DNA from: Candidatus Thorarchaeota archaeon
GTDB lineage: Archaea > Asgardarchaeota > Thorarchaeia > Thorarchaeales > Thorarchaeaceae
Assembly: GCA_963726195.1 (NCBI GenBank)
Contig: CAVSBO010000005.1
Coordinates: 96,001 to 160,000 of the forward strand
Direction: 5' to 3'
Length of the DNA: 64,000 bases
The position numbers and the translations under genes are program-made. Of the stretch, positions 57,929 through 64,000 are shown one piece after another. The notes beneath the pieces are model-generated. The model did no database searches. It saw only the letters and a list, made by a program, of their open reading frames with translations, and had not been told where the DNA came from. Each line of letters starts with the position of its first letter. Within the stretch, counting starts at the first letter, position 1.

Positions 57929-58648
57929 CTAGGGCGAGAGCTTCTTGATGACCTTGCCGAGAGGCACTGTGATGTCAACGTCGAAGTAAAGTCCCATCAT
58001 TACATTCTCTACCTCAATCATACTCAGGTCATCCTGTGGCCCACTATTGACTTCGATTTCGGGGGTACCTGAACGCCCCTTCTTGACATCGTAGGTGAGG
58101 TGCGCTGACGTGATTGTCGCGACATCGGAGCCTTTCCCGTCGACGCTCGGTATCATCTTGATATTCACATTCGGGCCACTCTCGATCCACTCGCCTTCAT
58201 CTGTTAGGGTACAGGTGGCCTTCAGCAGGGTTTTTCCTCCCCGGGCCGTCGTGGCAACAACCTTGTCGCCGCGAACATCGAGTGAAATCTTGGCGAGTTT
58301 GCGCGGGTATCCCCAAATCTCTCGGCCGGCTGCAATAGCAACGTCTGTATCTGCATATTCGAATGGGAAGTACACGCCGACCTCCTCCTGCTTAGTTTCA
58401 GGATTGTCAAACACACACTGAACAAGGACGCCCGACTCCATGAAGGTTCCCGCTTCTTTGCACGGCTGTTGCGCAAACATCAGGCCCGCAAGCTTCAGGT
58501 CTGAGGGCCGCAGCTCGGGGGGTAACAGTTTCTTGAGGCAACTATCTGTCGGGTTGAAGAGTGCCAGAAACAGCTTGGACCCAACGTAGTGATATGGTGG
58601 CTTCGGGTATACCGGACTCAGAAGCGGAGTACTGTACTTACGACTCAT
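57929..58648 (-). CDS. Acetoacetate decarboxylase-like family protein
   Basis: YPKPPYHY, AAGREIWGYPRK, KMIPSVDG. Confidence 0.82.
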   Translation of the reverse strand: MSRKYSTPLLSPVYPKPPYHYVGSKLFLALFNPTDSCLKKLLPPELRPSDLKLAGLMFAQQPCKEAGTFMESGVLVQCVFDNPETKQEEVGVYFPFEYADTDVAIAAGREIWGYPRKLAKISLDVRGDKVVATTARGGKTLLKATCTLTDEGEWIESGPNVNIKMIPSVDGKGSDVATITSAHLTYDVKKGRSGTPEIEVNSGPQDDLSMIEVENVMMGLYFDVDITVPLGKVIKKLSP

Positions 58649-58852
58649 GTTCTCACTGCCAAAAGCTCACGTACCGCAGTTATTGAATCTGCCGAGAACT
58701 CTCTCCGGCAGACTACTCACTTGGCACGATGTTCTAGTGAATGACCTGCCTTTGAACAAGAAGGCTCTTGGTGAGCGGGCCCATGGTCGGGCTCGGATTC
58801 TCATGCCACCGGAGGACGACATTGAAGCCCGCGCACTCAAGAGACTAGCCGC

Positions 58853-59735
58853 TCAAAGCTTTGCAGCCTTGAAGATCAGTGGCCACACGAAGGCGCCTAC
58901 GATTGCCACGAGTGCATACCGCAACGCTCTCAGCCAAATCTGAGCCGTCGGTAGAAATGGCGCTAAGCCTACCATCGTCGCAATCACAAGGACGAGTCCT
59001 ATGACAACTCGCAGGACCAGCCTCCATTTCTGGCCACCTACGGGCTCGACAGTGAAGTTCACGAACTTGTTCTCGAGGAGCAACCCGATGGCGATGCCCA
59101 TGGTTAACCCGCCAAGAGCACCGAAGTTGTCCAGTGGGGGCTGCGGCAGAAGATAGGCGCTGATGAGTGTTGCACCAAAACCGAACAGAAACAGGGCCAG
59201 ATACAGATACCCGACCTTGTATCGCGATAGAGCCTTAGACAGTGGTCTCTCTGCCAATAGCAGCACGACAAGGAGACACAGACCCAGTGCCCATCCCAAC
59301 AAGACATCAGCTGAGGTAATGCACACCAAGATAGACTCGCGATATCCCGATCAATACAGTCATCACAATGGCCACGACATACATCCACCATCTCTTTGCC
59401 TTGACCGCCAGCCAGCCAAACAGCATTGCCGAGTTCTGAGCGTGTCCACTTGGGGTGCTGTAGTTTGAGGCATCCGCTCCTGGCCACCAATACATGGCCG
59501 GGGGTCTCGGGTTTGCTATAGCCAGTTTAATCCAGTAATTAGAGAGAACCGAGACCAGAAGGACCCACACAACAAGGATTGAATCTTTCTTCTTGTAGGC
59601 CCAAAAGCCTGTCAGCACAAGCGCGACATAGAAGATGTCAGAACCTAACTCCGTGATTAGGGCGAAGAGCAGTCCTGCCCACGGCATTAGAGTTCGGAGC
59701 CACGTCGTTATTGAAGGATCAAATAGGGACGACAT
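58853..59735 (-). CDS. PAP2 phosphatase family membrane protein, 1-bp insertion near 59312
   Basis: K.....RP, PSGH, SRVYLGVHY...D; second ORF continues DVLLGW. Confidence 0.85.
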
Positions 59736-59879
59736 ATCTCTCTCCTCAAGTCTCAGACATGCACTAGGTCTCTAGAAAAACCTGCTTGTTTCCTGACCGG
59801 AAATAGGTGTCACTTCTTGGGGACAGGTTTAAGGACTCGTCTCCAAGCGGAGTTCTCTGCCTATGTTCTCCTGTTGAGG

Positions 59880-61409
59880 ATGGCAAAGATGGTACTAGAG
59901 AAGCTTGAACCTAGCATTGTATGGCAGATATTCGAAACACTCCTTACCCGCACACCTAGAGAGTCAAAGAGAGAGGCAAAGATACGGGCGACCATCAAGA
60001 AGTGGGCTGCAGACCAGTCGAAGGCGGCATCGGTGCCTTATGGCACGCTCGAAGACTCAGCAGGCAACCTGCTGATTAGAGTGCCTGCGACTCGCGGCAT
60101 GGAATCATGCCCACCAGTTCTGCTTCAAGGACACCTCGACATGGTATGCGAGACCAACCGCCCCGGAGGGTTCGACTTCCAGAACAACCCGATTCCGGTG
60201 CGCATAGACAAGAACGCCGAGTGGGTGAGCGCTGACGGAACTACTCTGGGCGCAGACAACGGGATAGGAGTAGCCCTAGCCCTCGCGCTTCTTGCCGACC
60301 GCAGCAAGGACAATGTGCACGGTCCTCTGGAGATTCTGTTTACGGTAGACGAAGAGACCGGGCTCACAGGTGCATTTGCGTTGGATATGAAGAGCTTCGG
60401 CATCAAGAGCAGAATGATGCTCAATCTCGACTCTGAGAAGATGGGCTACATAACGATTGGCTCTGCTGGAGGGGGAGACTTGGAGTTAACCAAGGAGCTT
60501 TCACAAACGGAGCGGCTTGGGAAGGACAAGCAATTCATGAAGCTGAGTGTATCCGGTCTTCAGGGCGGTCACTCAGGTGTTGACATTCATCTCCCTAGGG
60601 CTAGTGCGAACAAGATCATGGCTCGCCTCCTCTCACTTCTGAGCAGGGAAGTCGGGCTGAGTCTCTGCTATTGGAACGGAGGCACAAAGCACAATGCCAT
60701 AACAAGAGAAGCAGAGGCGAAGTTCGCAGTATCTATTGACAAGGGAGCGCAGGCTGAACAACTCCTTACTGCGGAGAAAGCGGCTCTGCTTGCATACTAC
60801 AGGAACACCGCAGGAAACGCGTCTCCTCTTGAGCCAAACATGAAGATTGATTGGACGAAGTCTGATTCTGCCCCAATCTTCTCTGCAGAGGAATCCTCAC
60901 GAATCTTGTCTACAGCGAGCATTATTCCTCATGGGCCAATCCGGTTTTCGCCTGACGTACCGGGTCTCGTTGAGACTTCCTGTAACTTCGCGATTGTCAA
61001 GACTGAAGGACCGAACATTCTGTTCCATCTGTCGACGCGCAGCAGTGTGGATGCGGAGTTGGAGGCACTGCGCAATTCTCTAGTCGATTTGGCAAAGCTG
61101 GGCGGCTGGAGTGTTGCGAAATTGCCTGCCTATCCCGGGTGGAAGCCAGAGCCCAAGAGCAAATTCCTACAGTTCGTGAAGAGCCACTACGAGTCGGTCT
61201 TGCAGCGCGAGGTGACGATTGAGGCCGTTCACGCTGGCCTAGAATGCGGAATAGTCGGAGCCCGGATTCCGGGGATGCAGATGGTGTCCATTGGGCCTAC
61301 GGTCGAGAATGCTCATTCACCAGATGAGAGGCTTCACATACCGGATGTGGCAATCTTCTACAAACTGTTGAAAGACTTGCTGACTTCGGTGTCCAGTCTG
61401 AAGGCATGA
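59880..61409 (+). CDS. pepD: Aminoacyl-histidine dipeptidase (M20)
   Basis: QGHLDMV, TLGADNG, DEETG, GGHSG, HAGLECG, HSPDE. Confidence 0.92.
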   Translation: MAKMVLEKLEPSIVWQIFETLLTRTPRESKREAKIRATIKKWAADQSKAASVPYGTLEDSAGNLLIRVPATRGMESCPPVLLQGHLDMVCETNRPGGFDFQNNPIPVRIDKNAEWVSADGTTLGADNGIGVALALALLADRSKDNVHGPLEILFTVDEETGLTGAFALDMKSFGIKSRMMLNLDSEKMGYITIGSAGGGDLELTKELSQTERLGKDKQFMKLSVSGLQGGHSGVDIHLPRASANKIMARLLSLLSREVGLSLCYWNGGTKHNAITREAEAKFAVSIDKGAQAEQLLTAEKAALLAYYRNTAGNASPLEPNMKIDWTKSDSAPIFSAEESSRILSTASIIPHGPIRFSPDVPGLVETSCNFAIVKTEGPNILFHLSTRSSVDAELEALRNSLVDLAKLGGWSVAKLPAYPGWKPEPKSKFLQFVKSHYESVLQREVTIEAVHAGLECGIVGARIPGMQMVSIGPTVENAHSPDERLHIPDVAIFYKLLKDLLTSVSSLKA

Positions 61410-61493
61410 TAGGCCATGCAAGTGATGACGAGTTGAGGCTTAGTTGCTCGATGTCGAGATCTCAGTGATTGACCCTTGTTGAGGTAAAGACGA

Positions 61494-62036
61494 ATGAAAT
61501 ATGCAGTGTTCTCTACTGCGATGGGCTACAGCGGGATTGTGTTCGGCGACCATAGGCCCGAGTTGAGGGCCATCAAGATCTATCTTCCTCGTTCTAAATC
61601 CTTGATTGAACAGACAATTGGGTATGAGCATGCCTCCGCAACTGAAATCAAGAAAGACCTACCACAGCTGTGTTCTCTTGTTCGCGATTTCCTTGGAGGC
61701 GATAACCTTGCAATTCCGTTTGAGCTTGTAGACATGTCTGTGTGCTACACATTTCAGCTCAAGGTGCTCAAGGCGGAAAGAGAGATTCCCCGTGGTACCG
61801 TTGCGTCCTATTCTTGGGTGGCCAAGAGGATCGGTTCAAGGGCTGTGCGGGCTGTGGGCAGTGCTCTTGCAAGAAATCCCTTTCCCATCGTTGTACCATG
61901 CCATCGTGCAGTCAGGTCTGACGGTTCTCTCGGCGGCTTTCAGGGAGGGCTGGAGATGAAGAGACGGCTCCTGGAGTTAGAGGGCGTTCAGTTCGACTCA
62001 AGAGGCCGCGTGACAAGTTCTATCCTGGGACCATGA
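61494..62036 (+). CDS. ogt: O6-methylguanine-DNA methyltransferase
   Basis: RAVGSALARNP...VPCHR. Confidence 0.93.
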   Translation: MKYAVFSTAMGYSGIVFGDHRPELRAIKIYLPRSKSLIEQTIGYEHASATEIKKDLPQLCSLVRDFLGGDNLAIPFELVDMSVCYTFQLKVLKAEREIPRGTVASYSWVAKRIGSRAVRAVGSALARNPFPIVVPCHRAVRSDGSLGGFQGGLEMKRRLLELEGVQFDSRGRVTSSILGP

Positions 62037-62100
62037 CTCTCTAGGGCCTATGAAGGTGTCTCGACCCTCGTGCCCTCAAGTGGGTCTTGCGTCGGCGAAA

Positions 62101-63927
62101 CTACTGAGATTGCAGCCCTGCTAGGCCAAGTTCTTTGACCTTCGACTTGGGTGGTTTTCCTGTTCGCCTGTCCCATCCCCTGTACTGGTACCACTTGTTG
62201 AGTTGAGCCTCCACATCAGGAACGTGACCTTCTGACGGCCCCTTGAGAGGATGAAGGACAATCTCCGGTAGCTTTTCGTTCTTGGGGTCGTAGCCCATCT
62301 TCAGATTGAAGAGACGCATCAGGGTGAATATTCTCTCGCCCGCACGCTTCAGGTCGTCAACCGAATATGTCCAGCCTGTCACGAGCGTAAGGAGTTCAGC
62401 GAGTTCGGTTGATGCTATGGGATAGAAATGGCACATGACTGCTGAATTGGTGATGCATCTGAAGTCCTGAAACTTGGCGACTAGGTCTGCTTCGTTTCCG
62501 AACCTATCCTGACTCTCAATGCCGAACCCTTCGTCTCCTTGACCCATCTGAACATTGTACATATCTGCGGTCATATGGCAAGCTCCTCGGGGAGAGGTTG
62601 CATAGGTCATCGCCATGCCCGAAAACCCGCGCACATCGTGTTGGGCCAGCTCGAGCCCGTTGACCTGTGGTGCTAGATTTCCCACGCCGAACTTGTTACC
62701 GAAGGCGAGGCTTCCTTCAGCCATCAGGTTACCTACGCCCTCTCTCTTCGCTATCTTCTGGAGCAGAGCCAGAGCAGAATCAATCTCTCCCCACTCAGGC
62801 TTGATGCCGTCTAAGTCCTTCGCCGCAATTTTCCCCTGCTTGAACAGGTAGTATGCGAATGCAACTGTGTTTCCTCCAGTGATAGTGTCAATCCCTAGGA
62901 GGTCGAGCTGCTTGTTGGCATAGGCCAGCGCCTCAAGGTTATTGTTGAGTAGCTGTGCTCCCATTGTCCCAGTGACTTCGAGCTCAGGACCCGCGAACCG
63001 GCCGGTTGCGTATTTTCCCTCTTTGATTTCAATCACGCGACCGCAGCCAATTGGGCATCGGAAGCATGCGCTCTTGCCAACGAGGATCTTCTCCTTGACT
63101 GTGGATCCGCTGATGTTGTAAGTAGAGAAGTCAGGCACAGAATAATACCCGGCCGTAAACGATCCATACATGTCAGTCGCCATGTCGATAAACCCTGCAG
63201 TGCCCAACTCGGAATAGAGTCTGAATGTGGCTGTGTCCTTCTTTTCCTCGTTCAGTTGCCTGCAGCGTTCAGCAAGTTTCTGTTCATCCACGACTGGCAC
63301 TTTCCTGTCTGTGCCGTTGACGACTATCGCCTTGAGCTTCTTTGAGCCCATCACGGCGCCAAGACCGGCCCTGCCCGCTGCTCTGAAGTGATCTATGATG
63401 ATGCTCGCATACTTGACCAGATTCTCTCCGGCTATCCCAATGCGCGCGATGCCTGCGTTCTTGAAACCGGTCTCGGTCTTGAGGGTCTCCCATACTTTCT
63501 CTGTGTCCTTGCCCCAGAGGTGTTTCGCATCCCTGATCTCGACCTTCGAATCGTCAACGAGTAGGTAAACGGGCTTCTTGGACTGACCCGTAATCATTAT
63601 GCCATCATATCCGGCAAACTTGATGTCCGCCCCGAGGTGGCCTCCGAATGTGCTGTGTGCCCATAGTCCCGTTAATGGCGACTTTGAGCAGGCAGAGGTC
63701 TTGCTGCCGCATGGTACCATGGTTCCACAAAATGGCCCGTTCATGATGAGAAGAGGATTGCTAGGTCCCAGCGGATCCGTCTTCGCATCGACCATGTCGT
63801 AAAGCATTCTGCATGCAAGCCCGGCCCCGCCAATGAAATCCCGTGCCATGTCTTGATCCAACGGTGCAATGGAAGTAGCGCCTGAAGCAAGGTCAACTCG
63901 CAGAATCTTGTCCCGGTAACCTTTCAT
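62101..63927 (-). CDS. aor: Tungsten aldehyde:ferredoxin oxidoreductase family
   Basis: KSPLTG, GRAGLGAVMGSK, CFRCPIGC, GIDTI, RGACH; ATG 63927 after GAGGTG. Confidence 0.92.
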   Translation of the reverse strand: MKGYRDKILRVDLASGATSIAPLDQDMARDFIGGAGLACRMLYDMVDAKTDPLGPSNPLLIMNGPFCGTMVPCGSKTSACSKSPLTGLWAHSTFGGHLGADIKFAGYDGIMITGQSKKPVYLLVDDSKVEIRDAKHLWGKDTEKVWETLKTETGFKNAGIARIGIAGENLVKYASIIIDHFRAAGRAGLGAVMGSKKLKAIVVNGTDRKVPVVDEQKLAERCRQLNEEKKDTATFRLYSELGTAGFIDMATDMYGSFTAGYYSVPDFSTYNISGSTVKEKILVGKSACFRCPIGCGRVIEIKEGKYATGRFAGPELEVTGTMGAQLLNNNLEALAYANKQLDLLGIDTITGGNTVAFAYYLFKQGKIAAKDLDGIKPEWGEIDSALALLQKIAKREGVGNLMAEGSLAFGNKFGVGNLAPQVNGLELAQHDVRGFSGMAMTYATSPRGACHMTADMYNVQMGQGDEGFGIESQDRFGNEADLVAKFQDFRCITNSAVMCHFYPIASTELAELLTLVTGWTYSVDDLKRAGERIFTLMRLFNLKMGYDPKNEKLPEIVLHPLKGPSEGHVPDVEAQLNKWYQYRGWDRRTGKPPKSKVKELGLAGLQSQ

Positions 63928-63939
63928 GTTTTTCACCTC

Positions 63940-64000
63940 TCAGAAGTCAATCGGCTTGCCGGCGTACATGTATTCATACATCTTGCGGATTCCCTCGCTG
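63940..64000 (-). CDS. 3' end of an upstream gene (partial)
   Basis: SEGIRKMYEYMYAGKPIDF-stop immediately before aor. Confidence 0.5.
   Translation of the reverse strand, partial: SEGIRKMYEYMYAGKPIDF

Noticed and set aside
2648-59735. Widespread pseudogenisation or programmed frameshifting
   Set aside because: Breaks are single-base, hit core genes such as atpC with no other decay, lack slippery heptamers and share sequence contexts; sequencing error is more parsimonious

Overview
Archaeal chromosomal window, inferred to be from an Asgard archaeon (Thorarchaeia-like). That assignment rests on gene content only: a Rab-like GTPase with RabF motifs, an arrestin-fold protein, a form IV RuBisCO-like protein, A/V-type ATPase subunits and archaeal TATA-like promoters. 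In order: (1) an 11-gene complex I-like membrane operon (nuoA-J-K-C-D-H-I plus four antiporter-like subunits) with no nuoB and no NiFe-binding motifs; (2) an accessory stretch with an arrestin-like protein, a surface glycoprotein, a GIY-YIG nuclease and a vapBC module bracketed by a 45-bp direct repeat; (3) an FGGY kinase and a LarA-family epimerase; (4) a 227-bp transposase-less IS200/IS605 derivative that looks like a stand-alone TnpB guide-RNA (reRNA) cassette; (5) rearranged A/V-ATPase genes C, K, E, H, I with an AtpZ/AtpI-like neighbour; (6) a ~790-aa alpha-solenoid protein, trmI, a HerA-like ATPase, pyrF and an aminotransferase; (7) a bshC-bshA-bshB bacillithiol-type cluster with glmM, a small coiled-coil protein ending in an Ena/VASP-like actin-binding motif, and a Rab-like GTPase; (8) RLP, fhs-folD-ftcD, lplA, an ABC exporter, an ADC-like protein, PAP2, pepD, ogt and aor. 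About 13 single-base frameshifts split otherwise intact genes. Nine lie at or beside AGCT, which suggests methylation-linked basecalling errors rather than pseudogenes. No rRNA, tRNA or CRISPR array was recognised. All family assignments come from motif recognition by eye, not database searches.
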